A DNA stretch of 51,854 nucleotides, counting the filler, from Perkinsus olseni (Eukaryota): the NCBI GenBank assembly GCA_013115125.1. It is 2 parts of 2 records of this genome, joined end to end, with 100 filler letters (N's around TTAATTAATTAA, not from the genome) between each part and the next. Parts side by side here need not be neighbours in the genome. Positions count along the whole stretch, not along the records: positions 1 to 25,919 come from JABANN010000491.1; positions 26,020 to 51,854 come from JABANN010000492.1. One strand, 5' to 3'. How positions within the stretch are numbered: the stretch's first letter is position 1; each line of letters starts with the position of its first letter. The notes below the pieces were generated by a model. That model saw nothing but the letters and a program-made list of their open reading frames with translations, did not search any database and was not told the DNA's origin. The position numbers and the translations under genes are program-made. Below, piece by piece: positions 24,547 to 36,053 of the stretch.

Positions 24547-25415
24547 ATGTCCGAGGACTTCGTCTGGCTCCACCACCCTCTTACGGGTGAGAATCCTCCC
24601 ATGGGGAAGTCCAGCACTCCTTGGGATCAGACCTGGGTGGTATTTCCCAAGCCTGATCAGGACAACCTCGACAGTGCTCTGGAGACCAACGAGGTAAGAT
24701 CGACAGTAACGAGAACAGACTGTTCCGAAGGCTGTTGTTCTACACGCTCGCATAGGGGATTACACGCTTCTATAAGGCGCTGATTACTCCCTGTTCTTAA
24801 GCAATACGACCTTTAGCTACGTAAAGACCTACGTCTAGATCAGATGGGGCCGCTAGTGCGTTAGAGCAGTTATCCACCTCTGTTAAGGCACGTGTGGGAG
24901 TGTACGGAGATCGGTGGGTTGTGGACCTCGCATCGCGGACGGTGTTACCAAGATACTGGAAGATGGCTTCGAGCGAGGTTGTACGAGCCCTGTGGCACGT
25001 TGATGGTACGACTGAGGATACTGGGAGAAAGAACATTCGTGCCAACGGTCAATTGCCTTCACCATTGCACCGCTGATTCCCTACTGGACACAGCATAGAT
25101 TCTGCCTCGTTGGTCTAAGTGGACATAATAGCTCTTCCTCGGCTGCGATCCGCGCTCCCTGGTGCCCCTCGATGCTACTCTCCCGAGGACCGTGGTTCTA
25201 ACCCTTAGGTAAGCCTCTTCCGGAAGAGGACTCAGTAGCTATTGAGAAGTGGATCGAGGAGCAGAAGGCCGGGGACGCGTCTGGAAAGCGCTCGCCTGAT
25301 TATCTGGTACTAGCGGATTCATTCTGACAAGCCCGGAGCGAACCGCCCTTCTTTTCAGGCTCTTCCTGATGGTAAAAATTTTGTCGAATATCAAGAGAGC
25401 AGCGATTCTTATGTT
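24547..25415 (+). CDS. 5' part of a DDHD-family phospholipase A1/SEC23IP-like gene (WWE-like N-terminal domain); remainder missing at contig end
   Basis: TWVVFPKPDQDNLDSALE/ARVGVYGDRWVVDLASRTVLPRYW...EVVRALWH resembles the DDHD N-terminal W-x-P-F...D...LE...YDVDL..R...P.YW...VRRGTWF pattern. Confidence 0.55.
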
Positions 25416-25611
25416 GTGTACGGTTCCGGCATAGGTGTGTATCTGGGGTAGTAGGGAAGCAGGGGGCGGCTATCCGCGTTTCTTTACTGAAAAAAATGCC
25501 TAGATGAGCGCATGCTGCCGCGAAGGGGGACATTGGTCGCCGTAGGACACCCTCTGGGATTTTGCTGAGGATGTTAGGGGAACCTTGTCGGTCTATACCA
25601 TTCAGAAGTCC

Positions 25612-25910
25612 ATTTGGCGGATAAGGCCGCCTATATAGGGGTCGAGGATTTCACGGTGGCGGGTTGAGACAGCAAACTGGCGGTAGGGCGGAGATTGTAG
25701 GGTCATTAATCATTATCGGCGAGATTGACTTCCTTAATGATGACTTATTGGCTAAATTGATTTCCTTATTTGAGGCCGGCCGCTAAAATAACTTCCTTAT
25801 CCGCCAATCGCATCCCCTCATCTCGACCCTACCGATATTGGCTCAACTCGCTAATGTGATGATATCATCCTCGACCCCCATATAGGCAACGGCAACCCTA
25901 TCCGCCAATT
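25612..25910. repeat. degenerate inverted-repeat (hairpin/MITE-like) element
   Basis: 25629-25649 versus 25867-25887 match 20/21 as reverse complements; ttggcggata (25614) pairs with tatccgccaa (25899); further inner arm matches. Confidence 0.7.
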
Positions 25911-25919
25911 TGCTGATGT

Positions 25920-26019
25920 NNNNNNNNNNNNNNNNNNNNNNNNNNNNNNNNNNNNNNNNNNNNTTAATTAATTAANNNNNNNNNNNNNNNNNNNNNNNNN
26001 NNNNNNNNNNNNNNNNNNN
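25920..26019. other. assembly gap/artificial contig linker
   Basis: 44 N + TTAATTAATTAA (stops in all six frames) + 44 N. Confidence 0.97.
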
Positions 26020-26173
26020 ATGTCTATCCCCACGAGTCTTGAGTTGACCAAGGAAGAGGAAACACTCGCCATGATGGCCAATGACAAGCACAGCGAATGA
26101 CTGTGGGGAATAATACTGATGAGGATTAAGCAATCGTGCTGATCTCTTCGTCAGCGATAAAGCAAGCAAACCT

Positions 26174-27055
26174 TTGCTGTCACTCAGTGTCCCCTTTAGT
26201 TCACCCATAATAGCATCAACAGTACTTCTTCTCTCTTTATCGGAGTTGGCTGGTGTCGTGATGGCAGCTACTCCCGATACTGGAATTGGCTTGTCCCCTG
26301 GTGTGTATGTTGGCTATGCTAATGACGTAACCAAGGACTGCTGGCCCGAAATGGCCACCGTGTTCCTGCACTATGCCATGGCCCCTGGAGTCACCATCCT
26401 CTCCTACTTGGACCACGACAGCAAAGGCGCGTTGATTGCCTCTGGGAGGACTAACCCCTACCACTACAGTGCTTTTGCGACGTTCTTGAAACCCGGCAAG
26501 TGCTTTACCGTCGACGGGGACCATACCTATTCACTCGCCAATCAACAGCGAGCCGCAGCAGAGCAAGCTCCTTTCTGTACCAGGAACGGCCGACTGGTGA
26601 TGTTCCGCGAGACACGCAGGCGAAGGAAGAAAATGAGCTACCTGAGCTGCCCTGTCTACCTCGCAAAGGATGGCTCGAGCTGGACCAGCAACAGATTTGC
26701 AAGAATGGGGAGCACTTTGGGTGGCAGCGTTGTGGTTGATGGTTACTGGCATGACGACTCTGGTGACTGTGGGGTGGCACGCTTGTCCTTCGACTCCCTC
26801 GAGAACCGGGCCTTCACGCGTTTCCCGTACATCCCAATTTATGGGAGTGTTCGTCCTCCCTTCGCGTGCCATTGGTTCAATTACGAAGATGACCTAACCC
26901 CCGATCTAGCAACGGCTGAAGGGATAATGAACATATATCCACTCCGACTGGATAATATCGGTCTTTGCGTTGTACGCGGCCACTGGACGTTACACCTCGG
27001 AGAGGATACTGATGACGGTGTCGGGAAGAAGGTTGTGATACCTCTGCGGCGCTGA
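26174..27055 (+). CDS. intronless secreted/surface hypothetical protein
   Basis: 293-codon ORF with hydrophobic N-terminal segment and several Cys; the true start Met is unclear. Confidence 0.6.
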   Translation: MLSLSVPFSSPIIASTVLLLSLSELAGVVMAATPDTGIGLSPGVYVGYANDVTKDCWPEMATVFLHYAMAPGVTILSYLDHDSKGALIASGRTNPYHYSAFATFLKPGKCFTVDGDHTYSLANQQRAAAEQAPFCTRNGRLVMFRETRRRRKKMSYLSCPVYLAKDGSSWTSNRFARMGSTLGGSVVVDGYWHDDSGDCGVARLSFDSLENRAFTRFPYIPIYGSVRPPFACHWFNYEDDLTPDLATAEGIMNIYPLRLDNIGLCVVRGHWTLHLGEDTDDGVGKKVVIPLRR

Positions 27056-27976
27056 CAAGCTGTACCTTCACAGGGCCATGCTCGGCTTCGATTGATTCTT
27101 CGATAATCTCATGTTCTACAGCTTGTCATGATGTTGTTGTTATCATATTACTCCTCTATGCTTGAGTTCAAAGAAAAGGTAGATTGATGGGCATCCCCGC
27201 CTGAGGCGGGCCGCCTCCTCTCCTTCAGGCATGTTACGGCATGATACGGTCTTAATGTTACCGGTGCTGTTGTCGCCGAGTGTCGTTGCTTGATAGAATT
27301 ATGTTCCTCGTCGAGGTTGAGGTACACCTGGGAATTGATCTCGTCTAATAAAGTGGTCCTTTCGAAGCTTCGGTACTGAGTTCCGTCTTGTCAACAGTAG
27401 TCCTCCTCGTTTTTCGGTGAAGTTATGGTATTACTACTGGACAATAGTAAATTCCTGGTGGAACTGGGCAAACTCTACACGGCTGAGGGTGTTAACTGCG
27501 TTTGGCTGCAGACAAAAAGTAATAATAAAGATAACATTATTTTCACTTCCCGTGAAACGATGGTCGTCGATCAGGGATCGAGGAGGGCTCCTACTGCATG
27601 GTGAGGGCCACTAGAAGCGGTGGCAAGAAGATGATGATTGGCAAGAGGGCCTTGCCGAAGAAAATCAGCACTAAGGTAGTTGGTGATGGAGAGAGTATCC
27701 TTGATTAGGTTGAAACATGTAACTTAGGTTACGTATCTTGTTGCGGAACTTGTTACGTATTTTAGGTCGAACCATCAACTTCAGAAGAGTTCCAAAAGCA
27801 GCTTTCGAGTTTATTACGACTGCACCTACGTTTGCAGCAGCAGCAGGCTGGTAAGAAGGTTGTTGCAGCGGCCAAAGCACAATAACATTGTTAGTGTTTC
27901 CTACTTCTAAGGGGGTGTAGTGTTGTGGAGGTTGGGTCGTTGTGGAGAGCCTGTAGGGGTGTTGATTGACACTACG

Positions 27977-28593
27977 ATGAAGAAGAATCGATCTAAGGCA
28001 GCTCATCACGCCTTCTTGCAGAGGGTCGACGCAGAGTATCGAGAGAAGCTTGCTAAGAAGGCAGAGAGAAGAAAGGAGAAGAAGGAAGGGAAGATGGACG
28101 CTACTATGGATGTCGACGCGGTAGTAGCGGTGGTAGTGGTTTTGAAGGGGGTTACGGGAGATTTTGAGTATCTCTCGTATATGGAAGCGCGCTCGTAAGG
28201 ATGCTACGAACAGAGTATCTTGGCATAAATCTACTGTTATTCGAGACGCGCACGTCTCCTGATGGATATAAGCGCTTACTGACCGACTGATAGTGCCCTG
28301 CGAATGGTAGGTGGTTGTTGATGATGGTGATATTGATCTCACTGGGGGGCGCGTAATGAAGGGCAGAAGGCCGTTGTCCACCAGAGACAAGATGGCGAAG
28401 AGACGGAGAGAGAGGAGGGATCGTTTGAAGATCCGAGGTAGTAGTGACGACAGGAGAATGTTGGTGATGGTGTATCATCATCTTATTAGTCGTCCATGGT
28501 GGTGATGCTGCCATGAGAGACGACGACAAGAGTAAGAAGAGTAAGAGGAAGCCATTAGCTATCAAGAAGGACATCACCAAGGCCAGTAAATAA
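27977..28593 (+). CDS. small Lys/Arg-rich hypothetical protein
   Basis: MKKNRSKAAHHAFLQRVDAEYREKLAKKAERRKEKK, exon VVVDDGD...RRERRDRLKIR, and final exon ending KDITKASK-TAA at 28593. Confidence 0.55.
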
Positions 28594-28732
28594 TGGCGAT
28601 AGCCGTTGGTGGCGTCGCTCCCCTCTACGTCAATTGTCCCTATATCGTTATCCACTAACACTGTTTCCATCGACACTGAGTATCTTAGCTGCGTTATAGT
28701 TAGTGGTAAAAAAGGTTGGACATTATCTTAGT

Positions 28733-30874
28733 ATGATCAAGCATGTTACTAAGATATCTTTATTATTACTACGGCACTTTCCGCGGTCCACTATCAGACG
28801 GTCGGACGTGAGGCTAGTGTCACCAGCCGTCCACCGTCGCAACCATAGTACTGGTGGTGCTACAGTCCAAGACCTACTCAACTCTTCATTCGCTACAGTA
28901 GTGGTGTCTAAAGCAAGGGCTTTGGTGAAGGCAGCTGAGGAGAGCAGCGAGGAGGAAGGTCTTGATACCATGATTACTGAATGGAAGGGAATACACGAGT
29001 AGTGACGGTGATGATGATGCGACCAGTGAGTTCACTGCCCTTCAGGAACTTCTCCCAGTACTATCTATCAGCCCCCACTCCGCAACTCGGGGCCTTCCTA
29101 GCTCTGCTACATTCAGCGTACAGTATGAGTAATAGTGATGGACTACGACGTGTTGTTGGTAATACCGAGACCGTCCGCAAGCTTCTGGGACGGCTTGTCG
29201 CCCGGGAAGAAGGCACTGTTTCTATCGAGGACCTTGGTAGCAGCGAGGTCGCCTCTCTGTTGTACTTCTCCTTGCCGTTCGTGAAGGGGGATCTGTCTCT
29301 GTATGAGTGGTGGAGGGATGCTTGCTACCGGAGGTTACTGAATCTACTAAAAGCTTCCCAAGGAACTCCTCAGGCCGTGGCCTGGTCTATCCGGTCCGTG
29401 GGCAACATGAGGAGTTACTGTGAATCGCCAGCCTCAGACGAAGAGGAAGAACTGTGGAGATCTTTGCTGCACATGTTAGCTCAACATAAGGAGGCTTTCA
29501 ATGTTGATAAAATTATGGAGTCCTTGAGAGGCATTGAGGAGGGTTATCGCGCTGCGTCACCACTGAAAGGGATGGTAGAGGTGACGCTGAGGTCACTCAG
29601 TAGTAGGATAGAAGATATCGCGAGTACCGTAGGTGGTATGACAGCCGATGATGCTGCTGCTGTACTGAGGGTGTGGGCGAAGTGCCGAGTTTGTGACGAG
29701 AAACTGATACTCATTATGTCGGATACGATTAGAAATAATATCACTACTACTCGCAAGGCCGAGCATGGGACCGGACTTTCTCCGGAGGCGATGGTCAACG
29801 CCATGTATGGTTTAGTGAAGTTCCATCAACAATATGATGGGGGGAAGAAGCAGGGAAGTTATGGTATGATAGACTTACTGGCGGTACACGCACGGAGGAA
29901 GATGAAAGATTTCACTTTGGAGCAGATAGCGCAGTTCTGTTCGTCTCTGGCGAAGAGTCGGATAACGAACAAGGTGATAGCCACAATGGCCGCTGACAGA
30001 GTGGTTTTGGAGACCACTACTACCACACCTTTCCGAACTCATAATTGTTATATAAACACTCAAGCCCTTCGAGGCGATGCGGCAGTCGGGTTGTCGGCGT
30101 TACCGCTGTATAGGGTCGTGAATCTTTATGTCGCCTTTGGTCGGTTCGGTCACAACAGCGGTAGATTTTGGTGCGTTATGGATGATGAGCTCATGAGAAG
30201 ATATAATAGTGGTGAGAGTGTTGATTGCTCATGACCATTCATCGCCTTAAGCAGGCACGTTACTGACAGAATCTCATGGCAAAGTTACCGATTTAATAGA
30301 GCTTCTAGCGGCCCATGCTGCTGTAGCTTCCTCGGTTCAGGGCGGAGCGCCTCAACCCTCGCCCGAACAGGACGGTATATAAGCGTGTGGAGGGATCGTT
30401 GTGTATTAATTTTGTGTAGGTTATCACGGGAGTGGTACTGCTTACACGAGATCTGTTGGTAATATACCCCCACCGACGCCCTCCTCAACCCTCTGTGCTG
30501 CCCTCACGTCAACCATATTATCGATTACTCATCGTGGATCTGCTGAAGCTCAACTGCTACTGCCACGAGAAGCTTTGGCGTATCTTGTTGCTGTGGGGAA
30601 GGTCGGATACCGCGACACCACCGCGGTTGGACTGTGTCTATCATCATTGAGGGCACCGAGCTCAGCTACAATGCCACCGCTGCCTGCCTTTGCTGGTCTG
30701 ACATTAACACAGCATATGCAACTTGACACGGCCCTGATGAGGTTGGGTGTCGAATGCAACGACTTGTCCGACTTTCTAAAAAGTCTCCTGCCCAAGGCCA
30801 GCGAGGCTGGTTCGCTTACGAAGGAGGAATCTCGAGGGGCATGGACGATAGCAGCCAACCGTGGCATGATGTAG
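28733..30874 (+). CDS. helical repeat protein, HPR/OPR/FASTK-like, probably organellar RNA-binding
   Basis: Arg-rich N-terminus; repeats MTADDAAAVLRVWAKCRV, LSPEAMVNAMYGLVKF, FTLEQIAQFCSSLAKSRI and LPLYRVVNLYVAFGRFG. Confidence 0.6.
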
Positions 30875-32873
30875 GTGTTCTATTTGGGAGCGCTCGAGTT
30901 TGCACTTCGCACGAAATCGAATGATCCAACGTCTCAGTGGTTTGCTGAAGCCGTTGGTAAGTGATGTAAAAGTTGCATGAGCAGCTCACGACGGTCAATG
31001 GCATGGCTGTTCGAATGAATTCTTTTCACTTCTACTACTGCTTCAGGGCTGCTATCTGCTCTGATTCACACTATAACTATCACAACGAATGGTATCAGCA
31101 CTTCCATGCGAGACTTTACAGCGGCATACAGTCAGTCCGAACACCGTGGGGAGGCGGCGTAACAGGGCCACTTGAGACGGTATAGTACACTGACGCTTCT
31201 CTGAGAATAGTCCATCGCTTTCTCGGCAGCACACCGCCCGTCCACGAAACAGGTTTACTGATCACCATATGAACATGAGAATCCACCGATGCTCGTTACC
31301 ACTCTTGAGTTCACTCTTAACGGAACTGGCGGGCACCCAAGGCCGCTGGAAAGGCCTAAACGCGAAGTTTCTAATCGATTACATGGCTGCGTTATCAGCG
31401 AGCACGCCCTGGGCATGATTCTGTGAGAATGCCTTCTCCAACAAGGCGATCGTGACAGTGTTGGATTTGGACGATTTGGCGCTGCTCCAAGAAACGAATG
31501 AACGCCAACTCAGTCAACTCGATCTTGGCTCCGACTGCAATACGAAGTCTCTTCCCGTCCATCCTCTTAGGAGCTCAGCTTCCGCTTCACAACTAGTGTC
31601 GTTGTATGTGACTCGAACTTTTGGGGCAACTCCAACAAATAATTCGGAAAGCTGCGGCGAATCTTTGGAACGGCCTCTCCCAGCTTGCATTACAAGCCTG
31701 GTACGAATTGGACTTTTATTACCGTTATGCTCATTTGTTGCCCAAAAATCAGCACATCGCTGTAAACTATAAAGCATTTCAGGAAATTCTTTGGTGCTTC
31801 GTGCGTAGGTTCGCACTCTGTGATTTCGGCTGGTGATACTGTCGTTCTCTTAGGCGGGTTACGGGTAAAAAGAGGAAATTGAGTTGCCGGAAAAGAAAGA
31901 ACGTTTGGTGATGTCATTGTTGCATGCTGTTGTCGTTTCTGTTGTGATGTTTCTCTGTCCACTCTGGCTTGCCGCGTTCGTTGTAACCACGCTTAGTAGG
32001 TCAATTCTTGTTTCTTCCTCGATGCAAGCCGGAAGTAAGAAAAGACCGAACGGAATCCGCTTAAGAAATGCGGCGACGGTCAACAAAGTTAGTCACATAC
32101 AGAACGAAGGGGAAATGATGATGATGATGATATCGTGATCTCGAGTAAGCTTAGCCAGCTGGTGTACCGTTTCCGGTACTGGGAATTGCTCAATAGATAG
32201 TGGGAATGCGAGGAAGCCCTACACACAATACCTATTACGGGTCGGGCAAGGACACATATGCCCAACAGTGGCTGGCCCGAGATCAAACACCGGTCACTGA
32301 TTGGCCCGGAGATCTTGGGTCAAAGCCTCGAAGGGTCAAGCGGTGACGGTCGAGCTCATCGATTGCGAAATTCTTGCTATACGACACTGTTAGACCTAGC
32401 AACAAGCACCTAGAAGGACGTAGGTCTCGTCTGCGAGATGTTCCTGTTCCGTCCAAACCTCACGGCTGCGGCAGAGGCGACAGAAGAGGCCCGCGTCTCC
32501 ATTGCAAGCATACGGGTTCGAACTACTTGTTGAACTCAACCAACATCTGAGCGTCGGAGCCGAAAAAGTACTGACACTGTCTGCCTGACAGTCCCGCTTC
32601 ATTACAGGATCAGAACTACCGCCAGAATGGAGGCTACAAAACTAGAGCTGCAGAAGTTCCAAGCGCGGGCCACTTAAAACGGAATTGAGACGCCTCAAGA
32701 CTCTTTGCCGACATCAAAGTATACAAAGGTTCTAGGTGATGAACTTGAAGACGAAGTAGATACGGCAATAGTGCCAACGCAACTATAATGACGTGAACGA
32801 CTAAATAACAGCTGATGGAGGACTGAGTCCACTAGCTCGACGCTAGAAGATATCAGAACACAATCGTGGAGAC

Positions 32874-33755
32874 TACACCATTTTCACCTCAAGTTAAAAG
32901 GATGGGACCTCAATTTAAATACTCTTTTCGAAATTTAAAATAGGCAGACTTCATTTTAAAACGCTTTATTTTAAAAAGGAATTTTCAAGATCGAATTAAA
33001 AAAATACCACTTCGTTTTCGAAAAATTTAAAAGAACGCAAGTTCGAATTAGTGTGACAGGATCCTGGGGAGATATTTAAAAAAACTCGAACCCCAAATTA
33101 AAGATTAAAATCCAACTTAAAAATATCCAACCTCAATTTCGTGGCGTGCATGTTCATCGGTATACGGTACACGGGACTGCTGTCGTGGGGACCTGGGGTT
33201 ACAAACTGTAACTTACAGTTGACTTTCTTGCCTTCCAAAACGCCTCTTCCTCTGTTTCTCGCTTTACTCCTCTCTTCGATTGAGCTTGTTGGGCAACTTC
33301 GTTGTCAGTGGTCGAACCAGGCTGGTTCATCAGCAGGGACCGAAATAAGCCACACACACACGCGTCAGGAGGTGCTTCGGACCAAAACTTTTGGAAGACA
33401 AGAAAGTCAACTGTAAGTTACAGTTTGTAACCCCAGGTCCCCACGACAGCAGTCCCGTGTACCGTATACCGATGAACATGCACGCCACGAAATTGAGGTT
33501 GGATATTTTTAAGTTGGATTTTAATCTTTAATTTGGGGTTCGAGTTTTTTTAAATATCTCCCCAGGATCCTGTCACACTAATTCGAACTTGCGTTCTTTT
33601 AAATTTTTCGAAAACGAAGTGGTATTTTTTTAATTCGATCTTGAAAATTCCTTTTTAAAATAAAGCGTTTTAAAATGAAGTCTGCCTATTTTAAATTTCG
33701 AAAAGAGTATTTAAATTGAGGTCCCATCCTTTTAACTTGAGGTGAAAATGGTGTA
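32874..33755. mobile_element. non-autonomous foldback/MITE-like DNA transposon, 367-bp TIRs, probable 5-bp TSD GAGAC
   Basis: 32874-33240 is the reverse complement of 33389-33755 (one mismatch seen); 148-bp spacer; GAGAC at 32869-32873 and 33756-33760. Confidence 0.9.
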
Positions 33756-33983
33756 GAGACGCACAACAAAATCACAACAACTTTGTGTCGATCAGATCAT
33801 CAGAAATGCCGTTACCTGCATACACTGAGCGCTTCAACAGTGAGAGAGCCCAAGACTAAACTGTGACGGAGTTCACGTTCACTCTCTCAGGTTCTGGTTA
33901 CGATAACGGGCTCGGTGCCTTCGCGGGTATCGGCAACTAACACGACCAAAGTGTCTTCGGTGGCCAAGAATATGATTGGGTCA

Positions 33984-34655
33984 TTAAAGACTACGGCACT
34001 CTGAGATGTTGAACCTTGGGCAGACTCGCCCCGCCTTTCCGAAGAACGCTAATGCGGAACCATCCAACGAAAACAAGTTAGGAGTAAGGCGCACAGGCAC
34101 TAGTTGGAATCTCTGGAAGAACTGCGCAGATCTCCGACTAACGGGACTTCTACAACGGATAAACACCCTCACAGTGTTCGTTACCCTCACAGTTACCTCT
34201 AACCTGTTCCCGTACTTGAAACTGTATCTACCTCTCGACCGAGGTGAGTATATCCTGGCAAATTCATTCTGTCCTCCCAGGAGGGATGTAGTGACAAATA
34301 ATGCAGATGAGTAAGTAATATTGGTCGAGCCACCAGCCTCGATTACCTTGTCCAGGTAAGATCTGGGTATTCTGTCCTCGGAGGAGCCGACCGCCTCGTC
34401 TCTGCTTCTATAGTCGACAGTGTACTCGAAAGGTCCTCCTAGGAGGGGATATAGATCACTGACGAGGGGCTGGAAGTCAGTCCCCATAATAGTATATCCA
34501 ATAGTTCTGTTAGCGTTCACATCGAGGGTAACGTGCGTGACCGTTGGGAACCCTTCGTTCGGGCTAGAGCCCGCGAACTTGCCAAAGAACGCGAGCTCAG
34601 AACCCCAGTTGATCATAACCCGAGTGGCAAGAAGCCAAGCCGTTAGGGATCTCAT
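33984..34655 (-). CDS. intronless secreted hypothetical protein
   Basis: 223-aa ATG-initiated ORF with a signal-peptide-like N-terminus and beta-strand-rich composition. Confidence 0.6.
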   Translation of the reverse strand: MRSLTAWLLATRVMINWGSELAFFGKFAGSSPNEGFPTVTHVTLDVNANRTIGYTIMGTDFQPLVSDLYPLLGGPFEYTVDYRSRDEAVGSSEDRIPRSYLDKVIEAGGSTNITYSSALFVTTSLLGGQNEFARIYSPRSRGRYSFKYGNRLEVTVRVTNTVRVFIRCRSPVSRRSAQFFQRFQLVPVRLTPNLFSLDGSALAFFGKAGRVCPRFNISECRSL

Positions 34656-36053
34656 CTTTCAAAGGGCTAAGTAGCTGTAGAAGAAGCGTCCTGCCGTGGG
34701 GCGCCGCTACTCGGACGACTCTACTGCGGCGGTAATACTGCCTTCAAAAGAACACCGAAAATCTGCTCTTCCGAATCGATCTTTCGACGCAGGCACACGT
34801 TAGCTACGCTTAAGCGCCCTAATATGTCTCCTTCGACAAAGGAAATAAGGACGAGCCTTATCAACAGTAGCTTCAAACTACGGGTTTGTTGGACGGAGTC
34901 AATTCACACAGCAAAGTCATGGAGATGTAACACCTGAGAGACCTCGCCAAACGGGGCCACACTGAGTGCAGGCACCCCTAAGACAAGAATGCACCAAAGG
35001 TACTCGGAAGTAAACCTCACGGTGGAACACGCATGCGCGTAGCGTTCCCCGTCGAGATAGTGTCCCAACCCTTGGTATATGTCACGGGATGGGCATCAGA
35101 TGTGATCATAGAGTCGAGTGTCATATAGGCCACAAGACTGGAGTTAGAATGAGGACGAATTGAGAATGGTGAGCCGTGGCATCCGAGGGGAATGAGACTT
35201 AGTCCACTCAGACAGGATCATGACACTGTGTTCCATGCAGGGCTATCGCTACAGCGCCCAGATCCTCCAGCTTGCTTAGCAGGACGCCGGTAGGAGGCCT
35301 ACTCTCCTCTTGCCTGTCTTTACCAGTATGTTCGTTCAACAGCTCGCTATGATGCTGTGTTGAGAGGACTTCGTTCATCCGTCTTCGTCAGCTGTCTTCA
35401 CTTATTGCACCGTCCTGTGTGAGTAGACAGCAATCAGTGACCGACGAAGACTCAGACGTACAGAATTTACACATGCGTTCTACGCAATGCGCACGACGCT
35501 TCGATTACGAGTAGTCTTTCGAGAAATTTCGTTCGACTTCGTTTGACTTTTATGGAATTTGAGTTCAATGAGATGGGTACATCTTAGTTTGTCTGCCCTT
35601 CAGCGGCGCCCCTCGGCAGAAGCTCCTTCTTTCGCAGCTGCTTTACCCTTCGAAAGATGAGATCCCTAGCGTCCTGGCTTCTCGTCGTTCGGGTTATGAT
35701 CAACTCTGGTTACTCGCCAAGTTCATTGGCTTGGACACGAACGCGCCAGACTTAGCATACAGTCCTCGTCTCGCTCGGCGCTCCTCCTGTGGAATTATTC
35801 TGTCACACTCGGGCATTTCCAAACGATTGGAAGTTCGTATACGTTCTTGCTTCACGCCGGTGGCGGTGAGGACTCTATCACAACTACCGCCTCTGCCCAA
35901 GCGGGTATCCTTCAACAGTCATAACGCCCTTTCTAGAGTTCACTCATTGCCGGCCCCTCAGTGATGTGGCTTTTACTATGTATTTCGGCATCACACTCGG
36001 GCTGAGTCCATCTGCTTTCCATCACTATCAGAGAACACAACAGAATGGTATTA

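Noticed and set aside
25964-25975. TTAATTAATTAA palindrome
   Set aside because: Synthetic six-frame stop linker inside Ns, not biological.
27671-28676. Minus-strand ORFs of 239 and 174 aa
   Set aside because: Low-complexity antisense of the Lys/Arg-rich plus-strand gene.
32874-33140. AT-rich subrepeats as a CRISPR array
   Set aside because: Irregular short units within a TIR, no constant repeat-spacer period, no cas genes, eukaryotic context.
33141-33416. 91-aa ORF inside the foldback element as a transposase
   Set aside because: Too short, no DDE or DNA-binding motif, partly within the TIRs.
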